64,000 bases of DNA from a bacterium (lineage in GTDB: Bacteria; Patescibacteriota; Minisyncoccia; Minisyncoccales; JAGLPU01), in assembly GCA_030635055.1 (NCBI GenBank), contig DAOVZN010000003.1, positions 4,121-68,120 of the forward strand. The letters run 5' to 3'. This document shows positions 9,416 through 18,095 of the stretch, one piece after another. The stretch's first letter is position 1, and every line of letters begins with the position of its first letter. Made by a program: the position numbers and the translations under genes. Under the pieces are notes generated by a model that searched no databases, was not told the origin of the DNA, and saw nothing but the letters and a program-made list of their open reading frames with translations.

Positions 9416-9443
9416 CGCTAGGAATTTATTCTTGGCGTTTTTT
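9416..9443 (+). terminator. intrinsic terminator of cassette D, related to that of C
   Basis: CGCTAGGAAT-TT-ATTCTTGGCG-T6, preceded by AAAAGCAATTAGCTTG (AAAAGCATTTAGCTTG after C). Confidence 0.7.
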
Positions 9444-9467
9444 ATTTAAATAATGTAATATATAATT

Positions 9468-10685
9468 ATGGAATTTACTTTACCTAGAATCCAAAAGATT
9501 ACCAAATATGCGACTGTTTCGCATTTTCTTTTGATGTTTGGCTATAAGTTTTTCTCTCTGTTCTTTCCTTTGTTTTTAATAGCTAAAGGATTTTCTCTGC
9601 CGGAAGTGGGTTATGCTTATCTTTTATTGTATGTGCCGATCGCTCTTTTTTCGCCGGTAGTCGGCTTTTTAAATCACAAAATAAATCCGGCTATTCTGGC
9701 CGCAGCCGGCATTCTCGGTTATGGAGCCTATTCTCTGGGAATGATCTTTATCCAAGAACAATATTTATTCTATTTTCTGCAAATCTTACTGGGAATCTCA
9801 GCCGCATTTTTTATGGTTTCTTTTCGGGCAATTTTAATAGGGCTACCTTTGGAAAACTATAATCGGTCTTTTGGCTGGTTTTACTCAGCTCCATCTTATG
9901 CCGCTGTTTTGGCTCCACTGATAGGCGCTGTAATCATTTGGCAGTTTGGTTTTGTTGGCGTTTTCACGGTAAGCCTATTTTTTCATCTTTTCAATGCTGT
10001 TTTTTGCTTCACTTACTTAAGAAAACCATCGGCAAGCCTAGTTGATAACGGCTTTAGTTTCCTGCAGTTTATGGGAAATTACCAGAAATCAATATTCAAA
10101 ATTTTTAAGAAAGCTATTCTTCCTTTTGTGCTTATTTCTTTCTCCACTTTATTTCTAGCAGGTTTTTACCGAGCATTTTTTCTTTTATTCCTAAAAGATA
10201 TTGGCTGGGAACAAAACCAGGTTATTTTGTTCTGCTCTTTGCTTCCTTTAGTATTTCTGCCGGTGTCTTTGTTGATAATTAAAAGGCTTAAAAAGCGAGA
10301 GGGAAACAGCAATATTATAAAAGGAGGCTTAATTGTTGCCGTATTTTCAATTCTATTCGGACTATTTGGAATGGTTTTAAACGCTCTTGTCTTTTTTAAA
10401 ATATCAATTATAACAGCGGCTGTTATTTTGGCTTTAATGATTGGAAAATCTATTGGCGACTTTATAGCTAATTCCGGACGCAGCAGCCTGCTTTCCAGAA
10501 AACTGAAAGAATACCCTGAAGAAGCCGGAGCCATAGACACAATATTCGCTCCTCTCGGAGCCGGAATAGGCTCTCTTGTCGCCGGCCTAGCTATTGGTTT
10601 TCTGGATTTTAGCCTATTATTTATCCTTGGCGGAGCTATTGTTTTGGCAACAGTTATGCTAGGAAAACGGCTGATTAAGATTTGA
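9468..10685 (+). CDS. MFS transporter
   Basis: 405 aa with about 12 hydrophobic segments in two halves. Confidence 0.85.
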   Translation: MEFTLPRIQKITKYATVSHFLLMFGYKFFSLFFPLFLIAKGFSLPEVGYAYLLLYVPIALFSPVVGFLNHKINPAILAAAGILGYGAYSLGMIFIQEQYLFYFLQILLGISAAFFMVSFRAILIGLPLENYNRSFGWFYSAPSYAAVLAPLIGAVIIWQFGFVGVFTVSLFFHLFNAVFCFTYLRKPSASLVDNGFSFLQFMGNYQKSIFKIFKKAILPFVLISFSTLFLAGFYRAFFLLFLKDIGWEQNQVILFCSLLPLVFLPVSLLIIKRLKKREGNSNIIKGGLIVAVFSILFGLFGMVLNALVFFKISIITAAVILALMIGKSIGDFIANSGRSSLLSRKLKEYPEEAGAIDTIFAPLGAGIGSLVAGLAIGFLDFSLLFILGGAIVLATVMLGKRLIKI

Positions 10686-10769
10686 CAAATAAAGAAATCT
10701 GTTCTAAAAAGACGGCAAGGCTGAAAACTCAGCTTTTAAACAGGTTCGTTAAAAAAGGGGTGTTGCAAT
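10682..10769 (+). promoter_or_regulatory. promoter/leader of cassette E
   Basis: TTGACAAATAAAGAAATCTGTTCTAAAAAGAC; hairpin AAGGCTGA-AAAC-TCAGCTTT; GGTTCGTTAAAA; AAGGGGTG SD. Confidence 0.6.
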
Positions 10770-11183
10770 ATGGAAAAAAAAGAAAGAGATGTGGCTGAAT
10801 TAAAGGAATATGCCGAAAAAATAAATAATGTACTGGAAACAGTTTTCAAAACGCTAGAAAGAGATTACATTGGAGAATGGCATATGGAATATAGAGAAAA
10901 GTCTTATCATGCCGGGGAATTATCAGAACATGCTACTATTGGACGGGATACTCCGAAAGAAGTATTAACACCTGTCTCTTCGATATTTCCAGGCAAGGAA
11001 CTAACTTTGATTTTAACAAGAAATACGCGAGACCAAATTGGAAAAGCAGTATGGAAAATTTCTTCCGGATGGCCTTCTGACGATCTGAAAAAAATCATAA
11101 AAGATGCGTTAAAAAGTCAAGGATTGGAACTAGAAGACAATAAAATACTAAGTGTAGAACCAGAAAAGCTTTTGCCCCGATAA
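10770..11183 (+). CDS. orphan protein (cassette E)
   Basis: 137-aa ORF with own promoter, SD and terminator. Confidence 0.7.
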   Translation: MEKKERDVAELKEYAEKINNVLETVFKTLERDYIGEWHMEYREKSYHAGELSEHATIGRDTPKEVLTPVSSIFPGKELTLILTRNTRDQIGKAVWKISSGWPSDDLKKIIKDALKSQGLELEDNKILSVEPEKLLPR

Positions 11184-11191
11184 ACTTATTT

Positions 11192-11222
11192 GCCTAACCG
11201 AAACGGTTAGGCGTTATTTTTT
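11192..11222 (+). terminator. intrinsic terminator of cassette E
   Basis: GCCTAACCG-AAA-CGGTTAGGC-GTTATTTTTT. Confidence 0.7.
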
Positions 11223-11292
11223 GACAAAAACACAAATCTGTTCTAAAAAGACAGCAATCAGTTTTTTTAAAATATATATAAGGGGTGAGTTG

Positions 11293-11799
11293 ATGGAAAG
11301 AACAATGCAGAAAAAAATAGAAATAATCTTTGAAGAAATGAAAAAGAATTTGGACAATACAAGCAAAGCTGGCATCTATCTGGTATTTTATACAAGTCTG
11401 ACAAATAGAATCATGTTTAGAAAAAACTCTTTCGGGCAATGGAGACTTCCTGACACAAAAGCGGTAATTAACAACTTTGAAGATATAGAGCCTGAAACAA
11501 TCATTGATTCTCTGGAAAAAGGATTAGTAAAAGATGTGGGATGGAAGCTGGAAGAGTTGCCTGAGTCAACAAATATCGTAATTGATTCTTCGGAGCCCGT
11601 GGCTGTTATAATTTTAACAGACCTTAAAAACCATATAAATACGGAAGAAAGATTTGCCAACTTCGTTAAAAATAAAAAATTAAAGTTTTTTTCGCGGCAA
11701 AAGATCATTAAAGTGGAAAAAGAGCCGGATGAATTTATCAAAAAAGCTTTTAGAGCAATTATCGCCAGGTCGCCAAAGTCCTGGCTTTTTTTTGCGTAA
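11293..11799 (+). CDS. orphan, possibly degenerate Nudix-fold protein (cassette F)
   Basis: ATG after AAGGGGTGAGTTG; GIYLVF...RIMFRK...GQWRLPDT...SLEKGLVKDVGW. Confidence 0.6.
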   Translation: MERTMQKKIEIIFEEMKKNLDNTSKAGIYLVFYTSLTNRIMFRKNSFGQWRLPDTKAVINNFEDIEPETIIDSLEKGLVKDVGWKLEELPESTNIVIDSSEPVAVIILTDLKNHINTEERFANFVKNKKLKFFSRQKIIKVEKEPDEFIKKAFRAIIARSPKSWLFFA

Positions 11800-11855
11800 A
11801 ATTTATCTTCCTAGAGTTTGACAAGCCTTCTGATTTTTAATAGAATAAACAAACA

Positions 11856-13130
11856 ATGACAGAGAAATTTATTATCCAAGGCGGGGAAAAACTTGAAGGA
11901 ACAATTGACGTTAGAGGATCAAAAAATGTCACCTTTCCGGTTTTAGCCGCCACTCTTTTAAGCAAGGAAGAATGTATAATCAGCAACATACCTTTGATTG
12001 AGGATGTTTTTCGCATGATTGAAATACTGGAAAGCATGCAAGTCAAAATTATATGGAAAGGGAAGCGAACTTTAAAGATTAACGCCAAAGACCTGGATCC
12101 AAGCAAGATCAAAAAAGAAATAGTGCGCAAATTCAGAGGCTCAATTCTGCTTATCGGCCCTTTATTGGCTCGCTTTGGAGAAGTTGAATTTCCACACCCC
12201 GGAGGATGTATCATCGGAGCCAGACCGATTGAAACTCATTTAGACGCTTTTTCCCAACTGGGAGTGGAAATCACTCCGAAAGCCAAAACTTTCAAGTTTA
12301 AATTCAAGAGAGAGAACCTTACGGAAGATAAAGAAGTGGTTTTAAATGAATTCAGCGTGACAGCAACGGAAAACATTATGCTCTTTGCCAGCAATCTCAC
12401 TAAGAAGGTTACCATTAAAATTGCTGACAGTGACTACCAAATTCAGGAATTGGCAAAAGTGTTGAAAAAAATGGGAGCGAAAATCAAAGGAGCGGGCACG
12501 CATACGATAACTATCCAGGGAGCGAAAAAGCTGAAAGGCGTAAAGTATAAGATAATTGGCGACCCTATTGAGGCCGGGACCTTTATCTTAATGGCAGCCG
12601 CTGTTAAAGCGCCGATCACTGTTAGGAACGCAGAACTGGGGTATCTTGAATTCTTTTTAAAAAGATTAAAAGTATTTGGCGTTCCTTATGAAATTATAGA
12701 TAAAAAAACCATTAAAATTAAGCCTTGGGAAACTTTGAAAATAGATAAAATCCAGAGTCTGCCTTATCCGGGAATGCCTTCTGACCTGCAGTCGGCTTTT
12801 GGAGTTTTATCCACCCAGGCAAAAGGCTCAACTTTGATCCATGATCCTTTGTACGAAGGCCGATTGAAATATTTGGAAGGATTGATCAAAATGGGAGCCG
12901 ACATAATTTTTGCCGACCCTCATCGGGCGATCGTTAACGGCCCAAGCCAGCTTTACGGCTCTGATCTAGGAGTTTTTGACCTAAGAGGAGGCGCAGCCCT
13001 AATTGTCGCCGCTTTGATCGCTGAAGGAGAATCAACTATTAACAATGTTTATCAGGTTGATCGGGGATACGAAAGAATAGAAAAAAGGCTGCAAAAACTG
13101 GGAGCAAAGATTAAAAGAGTTAAGAGTTAA
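11856..13130 (+). CDS. murA: UDP-N-acetylglucosamine 1-carboxyvinyltransferase
   Basis: GSKNVTFPVLAATLL; PGGCIIGARPIETHL; SVTATENI; YPGMPSDLQ; DLRGGAAL; DRGYERIE. Confidence 0.97.
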   Translation: MTEKFIIQGGEKLEGTIDVRGSKNVTFPVLAATLLSKEECIISNIPLIEDVFRMIEILESMQVKIIWKGKRTLKINAKDLDPSKIKKEIVRKFRGSILLIGPLLARFGEVEFPHPGGCIIGARPIETHLDAFSQLGVEITPKAKTFKFKFKRENLTEDKEVVLNEFSVTATENIMLFASNLTKKVTIKIADSDYQIQELAKVLKKMGAKIKGAGTHTITIQGAKKLKGVKYKIIGDPIEAGTFILMAAAVKAPITVRNAELGYLEFFLKRLKVFGVPYEIIDKKTIKIKPWETLKIDKIQSLPYPGMPSDLQSAFGVLSTQAKGSTLIHDPLYEGRLKYLEGLIKMGADIIFADPHRAIVNGPSQLYGSDLGVFDLRGGAALIVAALIAEGESTINNVYQVDRGYERIEKRLQKLGAKIKRVKS

Positions 13131-13138
13131 AATAAAAT

Positions 13139-14146
13139 ATGTTTTCAAGAAAAATTGGCATTGATTTGGGAACGGCTAATTCTTTGGTTTTTGTCCCTAA
13201 AAAAGGAATAGTTTTGCAGGAACCATCAGTAGTTTCTGTTTCTTTTGAAGAAAATAGAATTTTGGCGATTGGCACGGACGCAAAAGAAATGATGGGACGC
13301 ACTCCTGACACTATCAGGGTTTACCGACCCTTAAAGGACGGAGTTATCGCTGATTTCAGGGTGACTCAGGCCATGCTTAGGCATTTTATCATAAAAACTG
13401 CCGGGTTTTTCAAATTCATTAAGCCTGAATTAATGGTGGCTGTTCCAGCCGGAATTACTTCCACTGAAAGAAGGGCGGTGATTGAAGCCGGAATTGGCGC
13501 GGGAGCCAAGGCGGTTTATTTGGCTAAAGAGCCAATTTTAGCCGCTATTGGAGCCGGCGTTCCCATAAACGCTTGTTCCGGCAATTTAATCATTGATATT
13601 GGCGGAGGAACTGCTGAAATAGCGGTAATCTCTTTGGGCGGCATCGTTGCTTCCGAGTCAGCCAGGGTTGCCGGGGATAAAATGAATATGGCTATAGAAA
13701 ACTATATCAAGGAAAAATACAATTTGGCCATAGGCACCCAAACAGCGGAAATGATCAAGATAAAGATCGGCACGGCAATACCCTTGAAAGAAGAAAAAAG
13801 CATTGAAATAAGGGGCAGAGATCTAATTTCCGGACTGCCAAAGAACATTAAGATAACTTCCAACGAAACTTGCGAAGCAATCTCTGAGGTTTTAGACGAA
13901 ATTATCCAGACAATCAAGCTGGTATTAAGAAAGACTCCGCCGGAACTCTCGGCAGACATCATGGATAAAGGAATGGTAATCTCAGGAGGCGGAGCCTTAT
14001 TAAGAGGTATTGCCGAGCTTGTTGCCAAGAATACAGGCGTGCCTTGTTTCTTATCTAAGGACCCGTTGCTTTGCGTTGCCAAAGGGACAGGGGCGGTGTT
14101 AGATAATTTAGATATTTATAAGAAAAGCGTAATGAGCAAAAAATGA
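13139..14146 (+). CDS. mreB: rod shape-determining protein MreB (paralog 1)
   Basis: IGIDLGTAN; RPLKDGVIADF; IDIGGGTAEIAVISLGG; GGGALLRG. Confidence 0.95.
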   Translation: MFSRKIGIDLGTANSLVFVPKKGIVLQEPSVVSVSFEENRILAIGTDAKEMMGRTPDTIRVYRPLKDGVIADFRVTQAMLRHFIIKTAGFFKFIKPELMVAVPAGITSTERRAVIEAGIGAGAKAVYLAKEPILAAIGAGVPINACSGNLIIDIGGGTAEIAVISLGGIVASESARVAGDKMNMAIENYIKEKYNLAIGTQTAEMIKIKIGTAIPLKEEKSIEIRGRDLISGLPKNIKITSNETCEAISEVLDEIIQTIKLVLRKTPPELSADIMDKGMVISGGGALLRGIAELVAKNTGVPCFLSKDPLLCVAKGTGAVLDNLDIYKKSVMSKK

Positions 14147-15102
14147 TCTTAGGCCATAAAAAACAGCAGCAGTTTTTAAAAAAATCAGCCGAATTAGATA
14201 GAATTTCCCATGCTTACTTATTCCACGGCCCCAGCCATTTAGGAAAAAAAACCATAGCTGTTGAGTTTATTAAGCTGATCAACTGCCAGAACCCTAATAA
14301 GCCCTGTGGGAAATGCCGTTCCTGCGAAGACATTCAAAAAAACGCTTATCCTGATTTGACTGTTATAGAGCCCGAAGCAAGGACTGCCTCCAAAGGAGGC
14401 TCGCTCCCCGGAAGGGAGATCAAGATTGGTCAAATTAAAAAACTGCAAAAGGAACTTTCTCTTTGTTCTTATCAAGCTAAAATCAAAGCGGCAATTATTA
14501 ATAAAGCCGAATGCATGAATCAAGAAGCTCAAAATTGCTTTTTGAAAACTTTAGAAGAACCAAAAGGGAAGACTCTTTTAATCTTAATAGCCGAACATCC
14601 CGAAACGCTCTTGCCAACCATTCTTTCGCGAATGGAGAAAATCAAATTTTCCACTCTGTCTTATCAAGAAATTGAAAAACATCTTCTAGCCCTGGGAGCT
14701 GAAGAAAAGTTGGCTCAAGAGATCGCTTTAATCTCTGAAGGAAGGCCGGGAATCGCTATTGAACTTTTTTCCAATCCTCAACGGTTAGCCGAACAAAAAC
14801 AAAGGATAAAAGAAATAATGCGCTTAGTTTCCGCTGATATCTCTTTCCGCTTCCAGTACGCAAAAACTTTAGCCCAAAGCCCCGAAGATCTGCCAAAAGT
14901 TTTGGATATTTGGACCAGATGCTTTAGGAACGCGCTTTTGGCAAAACTGGAAGTAAAAGAATTTTCAACAACCAATTTTAAAAATTATTCCGTGATCAAA
15001 TTAAAAAATATTCTTAAAACTCTTCAGATCATAAGGGATTTAATCGCAAAAACCAATGCCAATCCCAAATTGGCGTTGGAAATGCTGATGATCGAGTTGT
15101 AA
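14143..15102 (+). CDS. holB: DNA polymerase III delta' subunit
   Basis: HAYLFHGPSHLGK; PCGKCRSC; AQNCFLKTLEEP; LLPTILSR. Confidence 0.92.
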   Translation: MILGHKKQQQFLKKSAELDRISHAYLFHGPSHLGKKTIAVEFIKLINCQNPNKPCGKCRSCEDIQKNAYPDLTVIEPEARTASKGGSLPGREIKIGQIKKLQKELSLCSYQAKIKAAIINKAECMNQEAQNCFLKTLEEPKGKTLLILIAEHPETLLPTILSRMEKIKFSTLSYQEIEKHLLALGAEEKLAQEIALISEGRPGIAIELFSNPQRLAEQKQRIKEIMRLVSADISFRFQYAKTLAQSPEDLPKVLDIWTRCFRNALLAKLEVKEFSTTNFKNYSVIKLKNILKTLQIIRDLIAKTNANPKLALEMLMIEL

Positions 15103-15170
15103 TTATATCCAATAATCTGCTATATTAAACTATAATATATAAATATTAGTATAATATTAATTAAACGATT

Positions 15171-16346
15171 GTGAGAATTTTACAACAGCCAGAAACAATC
15201 TTTCCTAAAAAAAATAGGAAAGTTCTTTCTAAATCTTTTACTTTAATTGAACTTTTAGTAGTTATAGCCCTGATCGGTTTATTGGCTTCTATTGTTTTGG
15301 TTTCCCTTCAGGATGCCACTGCCCATGCCAGAGATAGTAAGAGGGATGCTGAAGCAGGAGAAACAAACAGTACTTTAAGGAAAACCTTGGAAGTGTATCA
15401 CAGTGTTCATGGAACCTATCCCCATAATGAAGATACGGAAGGAGATGTTGGCTGCTGTATAGAAGACAACGATGCTATTAAGCTTGATCTAGCTCCATAT
15501 ATCACTGATATACCAGAGGATCCTAGATATAATCCTAATGACCCTAAAGAAGATCACGATCTAAGCAAGTATTGCTACCGTTACAAGACGGTGAACGGGG
15601 GAGAGGATTATAAGATAAGGGTTAACTATGAAAGAACAGGCACTAAAACAATTGCTTCTTGGGGAGGGGGAGACATAGACTATGATGCGACAGGAGGACC
15701 ATCGGGTCATGCTTTACAATTTGATGGAAATGATCATATTGATTGTGGAGGCCATTTGAGTTTGAACCTCACTAACGAGATGACGGTTGAAGCATGGATC
15801 TATGTTGCAACAATAGATGGTTTTGGTTATTCAATTATGGAAAAAGCTGTCTTTGAGAAAGACAGTAGATTGCAATATAGTTTATATCTCTTATCTGCCT
15901 CCGACGCTAGGTTTACAGTTCACAAAGGTGGTTCTGATTTTTTTGCTTCTTCAGATAGCTATCCCTTAGATACATGGACACATATTGTGGGTAGATATGA
16001 TGGGAGTGAAGTATCTATCTGGCTAAACGGCGTTAAACAACCGATAACCAGTACTGTTGCTCCTCCGCTTGATAGCGGAAATGATGCGCTTCTATTTGGC
16101 AAATCAATTTTATTCAACCTTCCATTCAAGGGAATAGCTGACGAAATCCGAATATATAATAGAGCTTTAAGCCCTGAAGAAATAACAGAACACCATAATG
16201 GCACTTTCTCTAATGAAACAGGATTAGTGGGACTTTGGCATTTTAATGAAGGGGTAGGCGACACAACAGCTGATGATTCTGGCAATGGAAGCAATGGAAA
16301 TTTTTTTCCCGCTTGCCCTGATTGTCCGGGCTGGATTACTCTTTAA
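15171..16346 (+). CDS. type IV pilin-like protein with C-terminal LamG/concanavalin-like domain
   Basis: SFTLIELLVVIALIGLLASIV N-methylation motif; ALQFDGND, MTVEAWI, WTHIVGRYDG, DEIRIYNRALS, LVGLWHFNEG. Confidence 0.88.
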   Translation: MRILQQPETIFPKKNRKVLSKSFTLIELLVVIALIGLLASIVLVSLQDATAHARDSKRDAEAGETNSTLRKTLEVYHSVHGTYPHNEDTEGDVGCCIEDNDAIKLDLAPYITDIPEDPRYNPNDPKEDHDLSKYCYRYKTVNGGEDYKIRVNYERTGTKTIASWGGGDIDYDATGGPSGHALQFDGNDHIDCGGHLSLNLTNEMTVEAWIYVATIDGFGYSIMEKAVFEKDSRLQYSLYLLSASDARFTVHKGGSDFFASSDSYPLDTWTHIVGRYDGSEVSIWLNGVKQPITSTVAPPLDSGNDALLFGKSILFNLPFKGIADEIRIYNRALSPEEITEHHNGTFSNETGLVGLWHFNEGVGDTTADDSGNGSNGNFFPACPDCPGWITL

Positions 16347-16452
16347 TTTATTTGGCGTTATGTGGACGCAGAGCATTAGCTCCGATTTTTATTTGTTTTC
16401 TTTAATCTTCTTTGCTATATTAAAATATAATATATAAATATAAAGTAAAATT

Positions 16453-17010
16453 ATGTCTTATCAAGAAATCATAGATAAAATTAAACCGGAGTGTGATAAA
16501 GTAGTCAGCTTTTTGGAACAGGAAATGAGCAAGATCCGAACCGGCCGGCCTTCTCCTTCTTTAGTGGAAAATATAGTGGTTGAATGCTTTGATCAAAACA
16601 TGCCCTTAAAACAATTAGGAACGATAACTTGTTCCGGAGCAAGAGAACTGGCTATCCAGCCATGGGACAAATCATATGTTGAGGCAATCCAAAAAGCTAT
16701 TTCCCGTTCAAATACCGGAGCTTCTTCTGTTTTAGACCAAGATATTGTCAGAGTGAAATTTCCTCCTTTAACCGAAGATTACCGCAAGAGCTTAATCCGT
16801 GTTTTAGCTGAGAAAAAAGAAGACGCCCGCAACACTATCAGACACCACAGAGAAGAAGCATGGAAGCAAACGCAAACCGGATTTCAGGCCGGAGAGATCA
16901 GGGAAGATGATAAGTTCAAAGCAAAAGACAAGCTGCAAGAATTGGTTGACGAGTATAATAAGAAAGTTGAAGAGATGTTGAAGAAAAAAGAAGAAGAAAT
17001 TCTAGAATAA
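16453..17010 (+). CDS. frr: ribosome recycling factor
   Basis: IRTGRPSPSLVENI; IQPWDK; FPPLTEDYRK; KKKEEEIL. Confidence 0.96.
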   Translation: MSYQEIIDKIKPECDKVVSFLEQEMSKIRTGRPSPSLVENIVVECFDQNMPLKQLGTITCSGARELAIQPWDKSYVEAIQKAISRSNTGASSVLDQDIVRVKFPPLTEDYRKSLIRVLAEKKEDARNTIRHHREEAWKQTQTGFQAGEIREDDKFKAKDKLQELVDEYNKKVEEMLKKKEEEILE

Positions 17011-17011
17011 T

Positions 17012-18094
17012 ATGATTTCCATTATTTTTCTAGTTTTTATTTCCATAGTCGGTTTGCTGGCGCTGCACGAATTCGGACATTTCATTACAGCAAAAAAATT
17101 CGGCATAAAAGTTGAAGAGTTCGGCATTGGCTATCCGCCAAGACTCTTTGGCAAAAAATTTGGCGAAACTCTTTATTCGGTAAACTTGCTGCCTTTTGGC
17201 GCTTTTGTCAGTATTCCAAGTATGGAAGGAGGAAAAGGCGATGACCCTAACAGTTTTTGCCAAAAACCCATCTGGCAAAGAGGTTTGGTTCTTTTTGCCG
17301 GCGTAGCCATGTTTTGGTTCATTGCCTGGATTATTTTTTCCGCTATAATGATATTAGGAGTGCCCACGGCCATAGACGATGACGCTCAAGGCAATTTTAG
17401 CAACCCGGAAGTAAAGATCATTGCCGTGGCTCAAGGATCTCCGGCTCAAGAAGCCGGAATCAGTTTGGGCGACACTATTAAAGAGATTTCTGCCGGGGAA
17501 GCGCAATTTTCAATCAATAGAGTTGACGAAGTTCAAGAATTAATTGAAACACATAAGGGAGAAGAAATTACTTTGACTATCCAAAGAGGAGAAGAAATAA
17601 AAGACATCTCTTTGGTTCCCAGAATCCAGCCGCCTGAAGGAGAAGGGGCGATCGGAATATCCCTATCAAGGGTGGCAATGGTAAAGCACTCTTGGTGGAC
17701 AGCTCCTTTCAAGGGAATGGAAGCCACCTATAACACTACTCTGGCGATCATTGACGGTTTTGCCACGGCAATATCAAGAGCTATTGGAGGCCTTCCCAGC
17801 GGAGTCCAGTTTATGGGGCCCATTGGCATTGTTTCCTTAATGGGACAAGTGGCTCAAATAGGCATTATTTACTATTTACAGTTTATCGCCATAATTTCCA
17901 TTCATTTGGCTATTTTCAATTTACTGCCTATCCCGGCGATAGACGGAGGAAGAATTTTCTTCTTGGGCATTGAGAAAATGAAAGGCAGCCCTATCAATCA
18001 AAAGATCGAACAAAAGATCAATAACGGATTCTTTATTCTGCTTATTATCATCATGATTTTAGTAACTTTTAAAGATATTCAAGCATTACTCTGA
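17012..18094 (+). CDS. rseP: M50 site-2 protease with PDZ domain (RseP-like)
   Basis: HEFGHF; EFGIGYPP; PDZ (SPAQEAGISLGD); NLLPIPAIDGG. Confidence 0.92.
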   Translation: MISIIFLVFISIVGLLALHEFGHFITAKKFGIKVEEFGIGYPPRLFGKKFGETLYSVNLLPFGAFVSIPSMEGGKGDDPNSFCQKPIWQRGLVLFAGVAMFWFIAWIIFSAIMILGVPTAIDDDAQGNFSNPEVKIIAVAQGSPAQEAGISLGDTIKEISAGEAQFSINRVDEVQELIETHKGEEITLTIQRGEEIKDISLVPRIQPPEGEGAIGISLSRVAMVKHSWWTAPFKGMEATYNTTLAIIDGFATAISRAIGGLPSGVQFMGPIGIVSLMGQVAQIGIIYYLQFIAIISIHLAIFNLLPIPAIDGGRIFFLGIEKMKGSPINQKIEQKINNGFFILLIIIMILVTFKDIQALL

Positions 18095-18095
18095 T

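Noticed and set aside
7961..9443. Classical integron cassette array
   Set aside because: No integrase in the window and no convincing RYYYAAC...GTTRRRY attC sites; each unit has its own promoter.
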